From Deltaproteobacteria bacterium (lineage in GTDB: Bacteria; Desulfobacterota; Desulfuromonadia; Desulfuromonadales; BM103), in contig VAUL01000005.1 in the NCBI GenBank assembly GCA_005774545.1, positions 11,489 to 75,488 on the forward strand: 64,000 bases of DNA. Reading direction: 5' to 3'. This document shows positions 8,494 to 20,020 of this stretch, one piece after another. Under the pieces are notes generated by a model. That model was not told where the DNA came from and did no database searches. It saw only the letters and a list, made by a program, of their open reading frames with translations. Made by a program: the position numbers and the translations under genes. How positions within the stretch are numbered: the stretch's first letter is position 1; each line of letters opens with the position of its first letter.

Positions 8494-9696
8494 TCAGAGG
8501 TTCTCCAGCAGGTGGCCGAGCTTTTCCTGCTTGGCCTTGAGATAACGGATGTTGGCCTGGGTCGCCGGCATCTGGATCGGCACGCGCTCGACGATCTCCA
8601 GGCGATAGCCTTCAAGACCGATGATCTTGCGGGGATTGTTGGTCAGCAGACGGATCTTGTGAATGCCGAGCTCGCTCAGGATCTGGGCGCCGATGCCGTA
8701 ATCGCGCAGATCGGCCTTGAATCCCAGCGCTTCGTTGGCCTCCACCGTATCGTGTCCCTCGTCCTGCAGGGTGTAGGCCCGCAGCTTGTTGATCAGGCCG
8801 ATCCCCCGCCCCTCCTGGCGCATGTACAGGACCACCCCGCTGCCTTCCTCGGCAATCATCCGCATGGCGGCATGCAGCTGCTCGCCGCAGTCGCAGCGCC
8901 GGGAGCCGAACACGTCGCCGGTCAAACATTCGGAGTGAACCCTGACCAGCGTCGGCTGTGCGGGATCGATCTTTCCCATGACCAGGGCCATGTGCTGGGC
9001 CTGGTCGACATCGTTTTCGTAGACGATGGCGCGGAACTCGCCGAATTCGGTCGGCAAGCGGGTGTCGGCGGCCCGCCGGACGAGCGACTCGGTACGCATC
9101 CGGTAGGCAACCAGGTCGGCGATGGTCACGATCAGCAGCCCGTGCTTTTCGGCAAACTGCCGCAGTTCCGGCATGCGCGACATCGTCCCGTCGTCGTTCA
9201 TGATCTCGCAGATCACACCGGCCGGCTTGAGCCCGGCCAGGCGCGCCAGATCGACCGACCCTTCAGTCTGGCCGGCGCGTACGAGAACCCCGCCGTTGCG
9301 GGCACGCAGCGGAAAAACGTGCCCCGGGCGGGCCAGGTCGCGGGCCGTGGTCTCGTCGGCAATCGCCACCTTGATGGTGTGCGCCCGGTCGGCGGCGGAA
9401 ATGCCGGTGGTCACCCCGCGCCGCGCCTCGATCGACACCGTAAAGGCCGTTCCGAAGGAGGAACTGTTCTCGCGCACCATCAGGGGGAGATCGAGTTCCT
9501 CGGCGCGCTCTTCGGTCAGGGAGAGACAGATGAGACCGCGCCCTTCACGGGCCATGAAATTGATCGCTTCAGGGGTGACCATTTCGGCGGCGAGGCACAG
9601 ATCCCCCTCGTTCTCGCGATCCTCGTCATCGACAAGGATGACCATCCGACCCTGGCGAATCTGTTCGAGTGCCTCTTCGATACGCGTTAGCGGCAT
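8494..9696 (-). CDS. ribBA: bifunctional 3,4-dihydroxy-2-butanone-4-phosphate synthase / GTP cyclohydrolase II
   Basis: [11 protein letters not shown] (DHBP synthase) plus [19 protein letters not shown] (GCH II); 400 aa. Confidence 0.95.
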   Translation of the reverse strand: MPLTRIEEALEQIRQGRMVILVDDEDRENEGDLCLAAEMVTPEAINFMAREGRGLICLSLTEERAEELDLPLMVRENSSSFGTAFTVSIEARRGVTTGISAADRAHTIKVAIADETTARDLARPGHVFPLRARNGGVLVRAGQTEGSVDLARLAGLKPAGVICEIMNDDGTMSRMPELRQFAEKHGLLIVTIADLVAYRMRTESLVRRAADTRLPTEFGEFRAIVYENDVDQAQHMALVMGKIDPAQPTLVRVHSECLTGDVFGSRRCDCGEQLHAAMRMIAEEGSGVVLYMRQEGRGIGLINKLRAYTLQDEGHDTVEANEALGFKADLRDYGIGAQILSELGIHKIRLLTNNPRKIIGLEGYRLEIVERVPIQMPATQANIRYLKAKQEKLGHLLENL

Positions 9697-9730
9697 AACG
9701 TCTCCGAATAAGATAAGACTTTATAATTTC

Positions 9731-10375
9731 TCATAAAAAACCAGACTTGGCAAGCAGGTCAAGGGTCACGCCGGAGGGCTTGAGCGTACCGGGCGCCACC
9801 AGACGGGCCACGTATTTGCCGATCAGGTCGGTCTCGATATTGACAAGATCGCCTGTCTGCCGGGCAGCCAGGGTCGTCTGGCTGAGCGTATGGGGGATGA
9901 CCATCACCGTGAAACGCTCGTCGCCCACCTCGTTGACCGTGAGACTGATGCCGTCGATCGCCACGGACCCCTTTGCAACCAGCAACGCGGCCAGATCGGC
10001 CTCGACCTTGAAGCCGAACCGCCAGGCATTCCCCTGGCGGGTTTTTTCGACCACGCGGGCCTGTCCGTCGACATGCCCCGTCACCAGGTGACCGCCGAGA
10101 CGATCGGACAGGCGCAAAGCCCGCTCCAGATTGACCCGGGCTCCGCGGTGCAAGGTGGCAAGAGTCGATTTCGCCAGCGTTTCGGGGGAAACATCGGCCG
10201 TGAAGCGCCCCTCGCCGAACGCCGTTACGGTCAGACAGACCCCGTTGACGGCAATGCTTTCGCCAAGCCGCAATTCCGTCATCGGCAGGGCGGTCGCCAG
10301 GGTGATGCCGGCCGTGTCACCGTCGCGCCGCAACTCGACCAGGGTTCCGAGATCTTCGATCAGCCCGGTAAACAT
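9731..10375 (-). CDS. ribE: riboflavin synthase alpha subunit
   Basis: [11 protein letters not shown]...[11 protein letters not shown]...[11 protein letters not shown] duplicated lumazine-binding repeats. The track ORF is N-terminally over-extended into ribD. Confidence 0.92.
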   Translation of the reverse strand: MFTGLIEDLGTLVELRRDGDTAGITLATALPMTELRLGESIAVNGVCLTVTAFGEGRFTADVSPETLAKSTLATLHRGARVNLERALRLSDRLGGHLVTGHVDGQARVVEKTRQGNAWRFGFKVEADLAALLVAKGSVAIDGISLTVNEVGDERFTVMVIPHTLSQTTLAARQTGDLVNIETDLIGKYVARLVAPGTLKPSGVTLDLLAKSGFL

Positions 10376-11493
10376 GGCGCCACCTCTCCTTCGAGCAGCA
10401 GATCCTCGCCGATCCGGCTCAACTGCAGGTCGGCCAACCGCGTCGCGGCGCTCAGGCGGACTGCGCCACGCCCAGAAAACAGCGGGCGGCCATCGGCCCC
10501 GCCGAAGAGCAGCGGTGCCAGAAACAACCTGAGGCGATCGACCAATCCGGCCCTGAGCAGCGCCCCGTTGAGGGTCCCGCCGGCTTCGATCATCAGGCAC
10601 TGCATTCCGACTGCGCCAAGGCGCGTCATGACGACGTGCAGATCGGGAAGCCCGTCGTCACGACAGGGCACTTCCAGAATCTCGACGCCGCGCCCGGCAA
10701 ACGGTTCGAGTTGCTTGCGGCCGTGACCGGTCCTTGTCACCAGCAGCCGCCGGCCCGGCGCTTCAGCGGAATAGACGCGGGCGTCCGGGGAGGTACGCAA
10801 GCGCCCGTCGAGAACGATGCGGGCAGGATTGCGGCCGCCATCGGGCAACCGCACGGTCAGGCGCGGGTCATCCGCCAGGACGGTCCCGGAACCGGTGAGA
10901 ATGCCATCGACCCGATCGCGCCAGCGATGCACCAGCTCGCGGCTCTTTTCCCCGGTAATCCACTGCGATTCGCCGCTCGACGTGGCCAGTTGGCCGTCAA
11001 GCGTCACCGCCGCCTTGAGTATGACGTACGGGCGACCGGTCAGAACGTGTCTGGCAAACGGCGCGATCAGGCGGCGGCACTCGGCGGAGAGCGGCCCTGC
11101 GATCACGTCGATGCCGGCCGCCTGCAGGCGCCTGAGCCCCTCCCCTGCGACCTGCGGATTGGGATCGGTCGTACCGTACCAGACACGGCGCACACCGGCG
11201 GCGATCAGAGCCTCCGTGCAGGGCCCGGTGCGGCCGACGTGGCAACAGGGCTCGAGGGTGACGAAAAGCTCGGCGCCCCGGGCCTTGTCACCGGCAGCCC
11301 GCAAGGCGAAAATTTCGGCATGCGGTTCGCCGGCGCGGGGATGATAACCCTCGCCGACCACGTGCCCGTCGCGCACCAGCACGGCGCCAACCGGGGGGTT
11401 CGGTGCCGTGCGCCCCTCGCCCAGGCGGGCCAGTTCGAGGGCGCGGAGCATGTACTCCCCGGCGAGATCCGCCCCGAGACGATCAGCACTCAT
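10360..11493 (-). CDS. ribD: bifunctional diaminohydroxyphosphoribosylaminopyrimidine deaminase / 5-amino-6-(5-phosphoribosylamino)uracil reductase
   Basis: NPPVGAVLV...GYH.RAGEPHAEI.AL...TLEPC.H.GRTGPC deaminase motif plus a reductase C-terminal domain. Confidence 0.95.
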   Translation of the reverse strand: MSADRLGADLAGEYMLRALELARLGEGRTAPNPPVGAVLVRDGHVVGEGYHPRAGEPHAEIFALRAAGDKARGAELFVTLEPCCHVGRTGPCTEALIAAGVRRVWYGTTDPNPQVAGEGLRRLQAAGIDVIAGPLSAECRRLIAPFARHVLTGRPYVILKAAVTLDGQLATSSGESQWITGEKSRELVHRWRDRVDGILTGSGTVLADDPRLTVRLPDGGRNPARIVLDGRLRTSPDARVYSAEAPGRRLLVTRTGHGRKQLEPFAGRGVEILEVPCRDDGLPDLHVVMTRLGAVGMQCLMIEAGGTLNGALLRAGLVDRLRLFLAPLLFGGADGRPLFSGRGAVRLSAATRLADLQLSRIGEDLLLEGEVAPCLPG

Positions 11494-11516
11494 GACCGGA
11501 GGTACAATCCCGGGCC

Positions 11517-11987
11517 TTACGTCTTGCCCGGACCGCGCGCAAGGATCTCGGTCAGCTCGGCCATGAACTCGTTGATGTCGCGAAATTCGCGATAGACCGA
11601 GGCGAAGCGCACGTAAGCGACCTGGTCGATTTCGTGCAGCGCCGCCATGACCGCCTCGCCGATGCGATTGGACGGGATTTCCTTTTCGCCGCTCTCCTGG
11701 AGCGACTGCTCGAGACGATCGACGAACTGTTCGATCGCCGCAATCGACACGGGACGCTTTTCACAGGCCCGCTGCATGCCGGCAACGATCTTCTGGCGAT
11801 CGAAAGCCTCGCGCCGCCCGTCCTTCTTGACCACCAGCGGCAGCATCTCCTCGACGCGCTCGTAGGTGGTGAACCGCTTGTTGCACTTCTCGCACTCCCG
11901 GCGACGACGGATGTTGTTTCCCTCGCGTCCCAGGCGGGAGTCGACAACGCGCGTATCGGCATAACTGCAAAACGGACAGTTCATCAC
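11517..11987 (-). CDS. nrdR: transcriptional repressor NrdR
   Basis: CPFC....TRVVDSR.......IRRRREC..C..RFTTYE zinc ribbon plus ATP-cone. Confidence 0.95.
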   Translation of the reverse strand: MMNCPFCSYADTRVVDSRLGREGNNIRRRRECEKCNKRFTTYERVEEMLPLVVKKDGRREAFDRQKIVAGMQRACEKRPVSIAAIEQFVDRLEQSLQESGEKEIPSNRIGEAVMAALHEIDQVAYVRFASVYREFRDINEFMAELTEILARGPGKT

Positions 11988-12457
11988 TCACCTCCGTGAG
12001 GCGCATTGCCGGCAGGATTGAAAATCACGACCTCGATGCCGGCTTCGCCGAGCATGTCCATGGACAGCGTATCGGGGTAGCCGTCGAGATAGACGACCCG
12101 GCGAATCCCGGCGTTGATCAGCATCTTCGTGCAGATGATGCAGGGCGAATTGGTGCAGTAGAGCGTCGCACCGGAAATATTCACGCCGTGCCGGGCGGCC
12201 TGGATGATGGCGTTCTGCTCGGCATGCAACCCCCGGCAGAGTTCATGACGCTCCCCGGAGGGGACCTTGAGCTGCTCCCGCAGGCAGCCGGTTTCCGCAC
12301 AATGGGTAATGCCGCTGGGGGTGCCGTTATAGCCCGTGGCCAGGATATTCTTGTCCTTGACCAGAACCGCCCCGACCTGGCGGCGCAGACAGGTCGACCG
12401 CCGCGCCACCAGTCGGGCGATATCCATGAAATATTCTTCCCAGCTCGGGCGGCTCAT
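11984..12457 (-). CDS. deoxycytidylate (dCMP) deaminase / ComEB-type cytidine-deoxycytidylate deaminase
   Basis: SWEEYFM.IA..VA.RSTC.RR.VGAV...GYNG...HAEQNAI...PC..C zinc motifs. Start at ATG 12455-12457 behind GGGAG. Confidence 0.88.
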   Translation of the reverse strand: MSRPSWEEYFMDIARLVARRSTCLRRQVGAVLVKDKNILATGYNGTPSGITHCAETGCLREQLKVPSGERHELCRGLHAEQNAIIQAARHGVNISGATLYCTNSPCIICTKMLINAGIRRVVYLDGYPDTLSMDMLGEAGIEVVIFNPAGNAPHGGE

Positions 12458-12504
12458 CTGCACTCCCGTTACCGGGTCTGCCGGCGGCGCACCGCTCGCG
12501 CCGG

Positions 12505-13755
12505 TCATACCAGGCGATGCGCGTAGAGCGGGAATTGCCGGCACAGATCGCGGACCTCGCCGCGAATCCTGGCCAGTTCGTCGGGGTTGCCGACATTTTT
12601 GAGGGCGCGGTCGACCCACTCGGCCACCTGCTTCATCTCCGGCTCCTTGAGACCGCGGGTGGTTGCTGCCGGGGTGCCGATGCGGATGCCGCTGGTGACA
12701 AAGGGGGAACGCGTGTCGAAAGGCACGGCATTCTTGTTGACCGTGATGCCGGCATGCTCCAGGGTTTCCTCGGCAACCTTCCCGGTGAGGTCAAGGCCGG
12801 TGAAGTCGACCAGCATCAGGTGATTGTCGGTCCCCCCGGAAACCAGCCGGTAGCCGCGCTCCACCAGGGCCTCGGCAAGGGTCCGGGCATTGTTCACCAC
12901 CTGCTGCGCGTAAGCCTTGAATTCGGGCTGCAGCGCCTCCTTGAAGGCCACGGCCTTGGCCGCGATCACATGCATCAGCGGTCCGCCCTGAATCCCGGGG
13001 AAGATGTTGCTGTTCAGCGTCTTGGCGAATTCCTCGCGGCACAGGATCATGCCGCCACGCGGGCCGCGCAGCGTCTTGTGCGTCGTAGTCGTGACAAATT
13101 CGGCGTGCGGCACCGGCGACGGATGGACGCCGGCCGCAACCAGCCCGGCGAAGTGAGCCATGTCAACCATGACCGGAGCCCCGACCTTGTCGGCCACCCG
13201 GCGGAAGGCCTCAAAATCGATGATGCGCGGATACGCACTGGCCCCGACAACGATCAGCTTCGGCTTGTGCTCGACGGCCAGGCGCTCGACCTCGGCGTAG
13301 TCGATGCGGCCGGTTTCGCGGTCGACACCGTACGGGACGATGTTGAACAGTTTGCCGGAGAAGTTGACAGGCGAGCCGTGGGTGAGATGGCCGCCATGGG
13401 CCAGATTCATGCCGAGGATGGTGTCGCCGGGCTTGCAGACGGAGAAGTACACCGCCATGTTTGCCTGGGACCCGGAGTGCGGCTGAACGTTGGCATGCTC
13501 TGCACCGAACAGCATCTTGGCGCGGTCGATGGCATGCTGCTCGGCGACATCGACAAACTCGCAGCCCCCGTAGTAGCGCTTGCCGGGGTAACCTTCGGCA
13601 TACTTGTTGGTCAGGACCGACCCTTGCGCCTCGAGAACCCGTTCGCTGACGAAATTTTCGGAAGCGATGAATTCGAGGCTGTACTCCTGGCGTTCGGTTT
13701 CACAGCGGATGGCATCCCTGATTTCGGGATCGAACTGGGCCAGCGACTGGCTCAT
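12505..13755 (-). CDS. glyA: serine hydroxymethyltransferase
   Basis: [35 protein letters not shown]...[14 protein letters not shown]. Start at the ATG behind AAGGAG. Confidence 0.95.
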   Translation of the reverse strand: MSQSLAQFDPEIRDAIRCETERQEYSLEFIASENFVSERVLEAQGSVLTNKYAEGYPGKRYYGGCEFVDVAEQHAIDRAKMLFGAEHANVQPHSGSQANMAVYFSVCKPGDTILGMNLAHGGHLTHGSPVNFSGKLFNIVPYGVDRETGRIDYAEVERLAVEHKPKLIVVGASAYPRIIDFEAFRRVADKVGAPVMVDMAHFAGLVAAGVHPSPVPHAEFVTTTTHKTLRGPRGGMILCREEFAKTLNSNIFPGIQGGPLMHVIAAKAVAFKEALQPEFKAYAQQVVNNARTLAEALVERGYRLVSGGTDNHLMLVDFTGLDLTGKVAEETLEHAGITVNKNAVPFDTRSPFVTSGIRIGTPAATTRGLKEPEMKQVAEWVDRALKNVGNPDELARIRGEVRDLCRQFPLYAHRLV

Positions 13756-13794
13756 GGCTACACTCCTTGATGACTTGTCGTTGAACATGGTGCG

Positions 13795-13829
13795 GTCGAA
13801 ACAAAACGGGCAGACCTGCGGTCTGCCCG
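13795..13829 (-). terminator. hairpin plus T-run downstream of rpiB (terminator or attenuator ahead of glyA)
   Basis: Stem CGGGCAGACC/GGTCTGCCCG with a 3-nt loop, followed on the minus strand by TTTTGTTTCG. Confidence 0.6.
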
Positions 13830-13842
13830 TTTTCAGTGCCGG

Positions 13843-14298
13843 TCAGATCCGGCCGGCTCGAACATCAGCCTCAAGCTGGGAAATCTTGTCAAGGCGCCGC
13901 TGATGGCGGCCCCCCTCGTAAACAGCGTCGAGCCATACGCCGACGATGCGGCAGGCCGTCATCGCCTCCAGCACACGTCCGCCCAGAACCAGGACATTGG
14001 CGTTGTTGTGCTCCTTGGCCATGCGCGCCATATACTCATCCGTGACCAGAGCGGCACGGACACCGGGGAACTTGTTGGCAACAATCGACATGCCGATGCC
14101 GGTGCCGCAGATCAAAATCCCCTGTGCGGCCTCGCCGCGGGAAACGGCGCCCGCGACTTTTTCCGCAAAATCAGGATAATCGACCGAATCGCCGTTGTCG
14201 GTGCCGAGGTCGCCAATCTCCAGGCCCCGCTGACGCAGGGCTTCACAGAGAACCGACTTGAGTTCCAGACCACCGTGGTCGCTGCCGATGACAATCAT
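13843..14298 (-). CDS. rpiB: ribose-5-phosphate isomerase B
   Basis: IGSDHGG.ELK......L......DLG......VDYPD....V.......G.GILICGTGIGMSI.ANK..G.RAA. Confidence 0.93.
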   Translation of the reverse strand: MIVIGSDHGGLELKSVLCEALRQRGLEIGDLGTDNGDSVDYPDFAEKVAGAVSRGEAAQGILICGTGIGMSIVANKFPGVRAALVTDEYMARMAKEHNNANVLVLGGRVLEAMTACRIVGVWLDAVYEGGRHQRRLDKISQLEADVRAGRI

Positions 14299-14300
14299 GC

Positions 14301-15533
14301 TCAGACCTTGCGGAATAGCAGCGTTGCGTTGGTGCCGCCGAAACCGAACGAGTTTGAAATGGCAATCCGGGCTGTCGCCTGGCGTGCCTGGTTCGGCACA
14401 TAGTCAAGATCGCACTCGGGATCGGGCTCCGTGTAATTGATGGTCGGCGGCACGGCCCCGTTGGACAGGGTCAGCAGGCTGTAAACCGCCTCGACACCAC
14501 CGGCGGCGCCGAGCAGATGGCCGGTCATGCTCTTGGTCGAACTGACCATAAGCTTGCGGGCATGATCACCGAACACCTTCTTGATCGCCATCGTCTCATA
14601 CAGATCGTTGAAGGGGGTCGATGTCCCGTGCGCGTTGACGTAATCAACCTGGTCGGCGGCAACTCCGGCAGTATCGAGCGCCATCTGCATGCAACGCGCA
14701 GCCCCCTCGCCGCCCGGGGCGGGGGTGGTCAGATGATAGGCATCACCGGTCAGACCATAGCCGGCGACCTCGCCGTAGATCCTTGCGCCGCGCTTTTTGG
14801 CGCTCTCGTATTCTTCGAGAACGACAATCCCGGCGCCCTCGGACAGGACGAAGCCGTCACGATTCCTGTCGAAGGGGCGGCTGGCCGTCTGCGGGCTGTC
14901 ATTGCGGTCAGACAGGGCTTTCATGACCGCAAAGCCGCCGATCCCCAGGGGGCAAACCGTCGACTCGCAACCGCCGGCGATAACCGCATCGGCATCGCCA
15001 CGCTGGATCATGCGAAAGGCATCGCCAATGGCGTGGGTGCCGGTGGCACAGGCCGATACCGGAGAAAGATTCGGGCCTTTGGCGCCGGTCTTGATCGAAA
15101 TCTGCCCCGGTGCCAGATTGATGATCGACATCGGAATGAAGAAGGGGCCGATCTTGCGATAGCTCCCCTCCATCAGTGCCGTGTGATAACGCTCGATCGC
15201 CGGCAGCCCCCCCATGCCGGAGCCGACCACCACGCCGACACGCTCGGCATTGTCTTCCGTGATCTGCAGCCCGGAATCAGCAAGGGCCATGTCGGCAGCC
15301 GCAAGGGCAAAATGGATGAAGAGGTCCATCTTCTTGGCCTCTTTCTTGTCGACGTACTGCTCGACATCGAAGCCCTTGACCTCGCCGGCGAATTTCACGG
15401 GGAAATCGGAGGCATCAAAGCGGGTGATCGGACCGATGCCCGACTGCCCGTTCATCAAAGCCGTCCAGTTCTGCTCCACCCCGATACCGAGCGGTGACAC
15501 CACACCAAGCCCGGTCGCAACGACTCTGCGCAT
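14301..15533 (-). CDS. fabF: beta-ketoacyl-ACP synthase II
   Basis: RRVV.TGLG..SPLG....ACATG..AIG...NAHGTST..ND..E...SNSFGFGG.N; 410 aa. Confidence 0.95.
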   Translation of the reverse strand: MRRVVATGLGVVSPLGIGVEQNWTALMNGQSGIGPITRFDASDFPVKFAGEVKGFDVEQYVDKKEAKKMDLFIHFALAAADMALADSGLQITEDNAERVGVVVGSGMGGLPAIERYHTALMEGSYRKIGPFFIPMSIINLAPGQISIKTGAKGPNLSPVSACATGTHAIGDAFRMIQRGDADAVIAGGCESTVCPLGIGGFAVMKALSDRNDSPQTASRPFDRNRDGFVLSEGAGIVVLEEYESAKKRGARIYGEVAGYGLTGDAYHLTTPAPGGEGAARCMQMALDTAGVAADQVDYVNAHGTSTPFNDLYETMAIKKVFGDHARKLMVSSTKSMTGHLLGAAGGVEAVYSLLTLSNGAVPPTINYTEPDPECDLDYVPNQARQATARIAISNSFGFGGTNATLLFRKV

Positions 15534-15634
15534 GAGGCTAGCGTCCTCCTTCCGGTCTTTGCCGCGGGCTGAGCCATGCGACAGAACCGGATGATTGTGC
15601 CTCAGGAGGAGTCGCCTCCTCCCGTGACAATAAG

Positions 15635-15868
15635 TTAGGAATTTTCGGTGATATAGTCGATCGCGTCCTGAACGGTCTGGATCTTTTCGGCATCTTCGTC
15701 AGGAATCTCGATGTCGAATTCCTCTTCAAGAGCCATAACCAGTTCGACGGTATCGAGCGAATCGGCGCCCAGGTCATCCATGAAGGACGCTTCGGCAGTA
15801 ACCTGATCCTCGTCGACGCCAAGCTGCTCCGCCACAATTTGTTTCACGCGTTCTGCAATCGAAGCCAT
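15635..15868 (-). CDS. acpP: acyl carrier protein
   Basis: [45 protein letters not shown]; DSL phosphopantetheine attachment site. Start trimmed to the internal ATG. Confidence 0.95.
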   Translation of the reverse strand: MASIAERVKQIVAEQLGVDEDQVTAEASFMDDLGADSLDTVELVMALEEEFDIEIPDEDAEKIQTVQDAIDYITENS

Positions 15869-15957
15869 TTGAATACCTCCTTGCGGTGTTTGACCCGAAC
15901 ATTGGCGGGCCATAGTTGGTTAATGGACACTGCTCCCACCCCGGGGGAAACAGCCTG

Positions 15958-16695
15958 CTACATGTACATGCCGCCGTTGACCGCCAGAACCTGACCGGTA
16001 ATGTAGGCAGATGCATCAGCCGCCAGGAAAACCACGGCGTTGGCGATATCGTCGGCGGTGCCAAAGCGCTCGAGCGGAATCTGCGCCGCCATTTCCTGCT
16101 TCACCTTGTCGGGAAGCGCTTCCGTCATGTCCGAAACGATGAAACCCGGAGCAACGGCATTAACGGTGATGTTGCGCTTCGCCAGTTCACGGGCGTTGGA
16201 GCGGGTCAGGCCCATCAGCCCGGCCTTGCTGGCGCAGTAGTTGGCCTGCCCGGCATTCCCCATCTGGCCGACGACCGAGGCGATGTTGATAATCCTTCCG
16301 GAACGCTGCTTGGTCATCACCTTGGAGACGGCACGCGTACAGAGGAAGGCCCCCTTCAGGTTGACGGTCAGAACGGCATCCCAGTCCTCGTCCTTCATGC
16401 GCATGAGCAGACCGTCGCGGGTAATGCCGGCATTGTTGACCAGGATGTCGATGCGGCCATAGGCCTCGACAGCCTTATCCATCATCTTTTCGGTATCTGC
16501 GGTTACCGTGACGTTCCCCTCGACGGCGATCCCTTCGCTGCCAAGCGCCTTGATCTCGGCGAGGAGTTCATCCATGCCGTTAAGGGTAATATCAACCGCA
16601 ACGATCTTGGCTCCCTGGCGGGCAAGGGCCAGCGAAATGCTCTTGCCGATCCCCCTGGACGCTCCCGTGACGACAGCCACCTTGTCCTTGAGCAT
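15958..16695 (-). CDS. fabG: 3-oxoacyl-ACP reductase
   Basis: SDR signature TGASRGIG...NNAGI...YCASKAG..G.T...A.E.A.R.ITVNAVAPGFI in a fab-cluster context. Confidence 0.93.
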   Translation of the reverse strand: MLKDKVAVVTGASRGIGKSISLALARQGAKIVAVDITLNGMDELLAEIKALGSEGIAVEGNVTVTADTEKMMDKAVEAYGRIDILVNNAGITRDGLLMRMKDEDWDAVLTVNLKGAFLCTRAVSKVMTKQRSGRIINIASVVGQMGNAGQANYCASKAGLMGLTRSNARELAKRNITVNAVAPGFIVSDMTEALPDKVKQEMAAQIPLERFGTADDIANAVVFLAADASAYITGQVLAVNGGMYM

Positions 16696-16748
16696 ACCTG
16701 AAATCTCCTTATGTCAGATAGCGCCGCGGACGGCGCAGCCATGCAATG

Positions 16749-17666
16749 TCAGCACAACCCGTCGAGACCGGCGGGAAGCTCGATATTGGCTATGTCGGCA
16801 TCCTTGACGATGCGCTTGACCAGCCCCGACAGGACCTTCCCCGGGCCGATCTCAATATAACGCACGACCCCGAGTTTGGCCATGGTCTGCACCGACTCCT
16901 CCCAGCGCACCGGGGCACACACCTGGCTCACCAGCAGTTCCCGCACGCGCCCGGCATCCCGGTTCGGTCGGGCCTCAACATTGCTGACCACCGGCAGGGA
17001 CATCTCCCCGGTCTGTACCCCGGCGAGAACCGCCTGCAGCCGCTCGGCGGCCGGCTGCATCAGGGCGCAATGGAACGGGGCGCTGACCGGCAACGGCATG
17101 GTCTTGCGGAATCCGCGGCCCTTGGCGATTTCGATGGCCCGCGCAACGGCACCGGCGTGGCCGGCAATGACGATCTGCCCGGGGGAATTGAAATTCGCGG
17201 GGGCCACCACTTCGCCCTGAGCCGCTTCGCTGCAGATCGACTCCAGTTCCTCGCGCTCGATGCCGAGCATGGCCGCCATCGCCCCGGTCCCGACCGGGAC
17301 CGCCTCCTGCATGAAGGTGCCGCGCTGGCGAACCGTACGGACGGCATCGGCAAACGCCAGGGCACCGGAGCAGACCAGCGCCGAATATTCACCCAGCGAG
17401 TGACCGGCGGCGAAATCCGGCTGCAGCCCGGTTTCCGTGCGGACCACCTGCAGAGCGGCGATGCTGGTGGTCAGGATTGCCGGCTGCGTGTTGGCCGTCA
17501 ACTTCAGTTCGTCCTCCGGACCCTCAAAACAGAGCCGGGCGAGATCGAAGCCGAGAGCCTCATTGGCTTCGGCAAAAACCTGGCGGGCGGCCGCGAAGTT
17601 GTCGCACAACTCCTTGCCCATGCCGGCATACTGGGAACCCTGTCCCGGGAAGATGAAGGCTAGCAT
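16749..17666 (-). CDS. fabD: malonyl-CoA:ACP transacylase
   Basis: FIFPGQGSQY.GMG....GHSLGEYSAL......FH.. Confidence 0.93.
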   Translation of the reverse strand: MLAFIFPGQGSQYAGMGKELCDNFAAARQVFAEANEALGFDLARLCFEGPEDELKLTANTQPAILTTSIAALQVVRTETGLQPDFAAGHSLGEYSALVCSGALAFADAVRTVRQRGTFMQEAVPVGTGAMAAMLGIEREELESICSEAAQGEVVAPANFNSPGQIVIAGHAGAVARAIEIAKGRGFRKTMPLPVSAPFHCALMQPAAERLQAVLAGVQTGEMSLPVVSNVEARPNRDAGRVRELLVSQVCAPVRWEESVQTMAKLGVVRYIEIGPGKVLSGLVKRIVKDADIANIELPAGLDGLC

Positions 17667-17678
17667 CCCGCCCTCTCC

Positions 17679-18659
17679 TTACCAGCGCACCAGCGCCGAA
17701 GCCCAGGTGAAACCGCCACCGAAGGCATCCAGCAGCAGGATGTCGCCACGCTTGAGGCGCCCGGCACGATTCACCTCGTCGAGAGCAATCGGGATCGTCG
17801 CCCCCGAGGTGTTGCCGAAGCGGTCGACATTGACATAAACCTGGTCGTCACGCAGCCCGATCCGCTTGGCGGTGGCATCGAGAATGCGGATGTTGGCCTG
17901 GTGCGGAATGAACAGGTTGACATCTTCAGTGGTCATGCCGTTGGCATCGAGGGCGATCTTGGCCACCTCGGCCATGGAGCGCACGGCAACCTTGAAAACC
18001 TCGTTCCCCTGCATCTTGAGGTAGTGGTCACCACGGGCGATCGCCTCGGCCGACGGCGTGATCCGCGTGCCGAAGCCGGGCTGGTACAGGAGTTCCAGCT
18101 GGGAACCGTCGGCATAGAGGTGCGACGACAGAATCCCCTGATCGCCCTCGCATGCTTCGAGAACCACCGCCCCTGCCCCGTCGCCGAACAGGACGCAGGT
18201 GTTGCGGTCGCTCCAGTCAAGAATCCGGGAAAGAACCTCGGCGCCGATGACCAGCACCTTGCGGGCATTGCCGGCGGCGATACGATCGGCACCGGCAGCC
18301 AGCGCATAGAGGAAGCCGCTGCAGGCCGCGGACACGTCGTAGGCGCCGGCATTGACCGCACCGAGATTGCTCTGCACGATACAGGCGGTCGCCGGCCACG
18401 GGTAGTCGCCGGTGATCGTGCCGACAATGATCAGATCGATTTCGGTCGGTGCAACCCCGGCCATTTCCAGCGCGCGCTGCGCTGCCCTGGTCGCCAGATC
18501 GGAAGTGTTTTCCCCCTCGACGACCAGGTGCCGCTCGACGATACCGGTACGGGTGCGAATCCACTCGTCGCTGGTATCGATGAACTTCTCGAGGTCGAAG
18601 TTGGTCGCCACCTTGTCCGGAACGTAGGACCCGGTCCCAGTAATTCTTGCGCGTATCAC
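17679..18659 (-). CDS. fabH: beta-ketoacyl-ACP synthase III
   Basis: I.GTGSYVP...V.N.D......[11 protein letters not shown]......AACSGF.YAL....HQAN.RI....GNTS.A.IP; 4-nt overlap with plsX. Confidence 0.95.
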   Translation of the reverse strand: MIRARITGTGSYVPDKVATNFDLEKFIDTSDEWIRTRTGIVERHLVVEGENTSDLATRAAQRALEMAGVAPTEIDLIIVGTITGDYPWPATACIVQSNLGAVNAGAYDVSAACSGFLYALAAGADRIAAGNARKVLVIGAEVLSRILDWSDRNTCVLFGDGAGAVVLEACEGDQGILSSHLYADGSQLELLYQPGFGTRITPSAEAIARGDHYLKMQGNEVFKVAVRSMAEVAKIALDANGMTTEDVNLFIPHQANIRILDATAKRIGLRDDQVYVNVDRFGNTSGATIPIALDEVNRAGRLKRGDILLLDAFGGGFTWASALVRW

Positions 18660-19732
18660 GATAGAGCTCCTTGCTGCGGGGCCTCGCCGGCACCAGCGGC
18701 ATCACCGCGCAGGGCGGCGTTCAAAGAGTCGGAAACCTCAACCAGGCGTTTGAGCAACTGCTCGTTGACCCGCCGGGCCTCAAAGTCGTGAGCAAAGCGA
18801 ATGGCGTTCATGACGGCACGGGCGCTTGACTTGCCGTGACAGATCATGCCGGTCCCCTGAATGCCGAGCAGCGGCGCACCGCCGTATTCGGCATAATCGA
18901 CTTTCTTGCGGAAACCGGCAAACGCCGGTTTTGCCAGCAGATAGCCGATCCTCGAGAGAAACCGGCTGCCGAATTCGGCCTTGAGCATCTTCCCCATCGC
19001 ATCGGCCAACCCTTCCGACACCTTGAGGACCACGTTGCCGACAAAGCCGTCGCAGACCACCACGTCGACCGAGCCGTTGAAGATGTCGCGACCTTCGATA
19101 TAGCCGATGTAGTTGAGCGGGGAGCGGGAGAGGACCTTGTGGGTCTCGCGGGTCAGGTCATTGCCCTTGCTCTCCTCTTCGCCGTTGGAGAGCACGCCGA
19201 CACGCGGCCGCGCCTTGCCGAGCATCTGCTGCATGTAGACACTGCCCATCAGGGCGAACTGGGCAAGGTGCAGCGCCCGGCAGTCGACGTTGCCGCCGAT
19301 GTCGAGAACCAGCGTCTGATCCTTGAGATTGGGTACGATTGTGGCGATGGCCGGTCGATCGATCCCGGGGATACGCTTGAGGACGAACATCCCGGCCGCC
19401 ATCGTCGCCCCCGAATTGCCGGTACTGACGACCGCCGAAGCTTGCCCGCCCCTGACCAGTTCGAAGGCGACGCGGATTGACGAATCCTTCTTCTTGCGCA
19501 CCGCATCGGAGGCCGAGTCATGCATGCCGACCACTTCGCTGGCATGACGAATGGAGATATCCAGCCCGTCACAGCGGTGCGCGGCGAGTTCGGACTCGAT
19601 GCGCTCCTGCTGGCCGACAAGAATGACAGGGATGCGCCACTCGCGCGCCGCCATGACGGCACCGGCGACTTCCGGGCCCGGGGCGTTGTCGCCCCCCATG
19701 GCGTCGACGGCAACGACGATGCGACTGTTCAA
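18656..19732 (-). CDS. plsX: phosphate acyltransferase PlsX
   Basis: [11 protein letters not shown].....G.......ILVG...PRVG.L.NGEE..KG...CDGF.GNV.LK. Confidence 0.93.
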   Translation of the reverse strand: MNSRIVVAVDAMGGDNAPGPEVAGAVMAAREWRIPVILVGQQERIESELAAHRCDGLDISIRHASEVVGMHDSASDAVRKKKDSSIRVAFELVRGGQASAVVSTGNSGATMAAGMFVLKRIPGIDRPAIATIVPNLKDQTLVLDIGGNVDCRALHLAQFALMGSVYMQQMLGKARPRVGVLSNGEEESKGNDLTRETHKVLSRSPLNYIGYIEGRDIFNGSVDVVVCDGFVGNVVLKVSEGLADAMGKMLKAEFGSRFLSRIGYLLAKPAFAGFRKKVDYAEYGGAPLLGIQGTGMICHGKSSARAVMNAIRFAHDFEARRVNEQLLKRLVEVSDSLNAALRGDAAGAGEAPQQGALS

Positions 19733-19744
19733 TCGACGTATCCC

Positions 19745-19924
19745 TTACTTGTCGGCAGGGCGGACTTCCTTGCCCTTGTAGGTCCCGCAGGAAGGGCAGG
19801 CGCGATGCGATTGCTTGGGTTCCTTGCACTGCGGGCAGATCGACACGCCCGGAGCCTGCAGAGCATCGTGAGCACGACGCATGTCACGTTTCGATTTCGA
19901 TGTTTTCTTCTTCGGAACTGCCAT
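19745..19924 (-). CDS. rpmF: 50S ribosomal protein L32
   Basis: Absent from the ORF track (59 aa). Hand translation gives [59 protein letters not shown]. Canonical position between yceD and plsX. Confidence 0.93.
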   Translation of the reverse strand: MAVPKKKTSKSKRDMRRAHDALQAPGVSICPQCKEPKQSHRACPSCGTYKGKEVRPADK

Positions 19925-20020
19925 GACTGTTCATTCTCCCTGGCCGGCGCGGAACCGGCCGACTGTTATTGACTTGCTACTTACTATGTTGACTGCCGAG
20001 CGGGTGTCCCCGCTCCGGAC

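Noticed and set aside
11494-11516. Expected FMN riboswitch upstream of the rib operon
   Set aside because: Only 23 nt separate nrdR and ribD, and no RFN-like sequence is present. The rib genes appear to be co-transcribed with nrdR.
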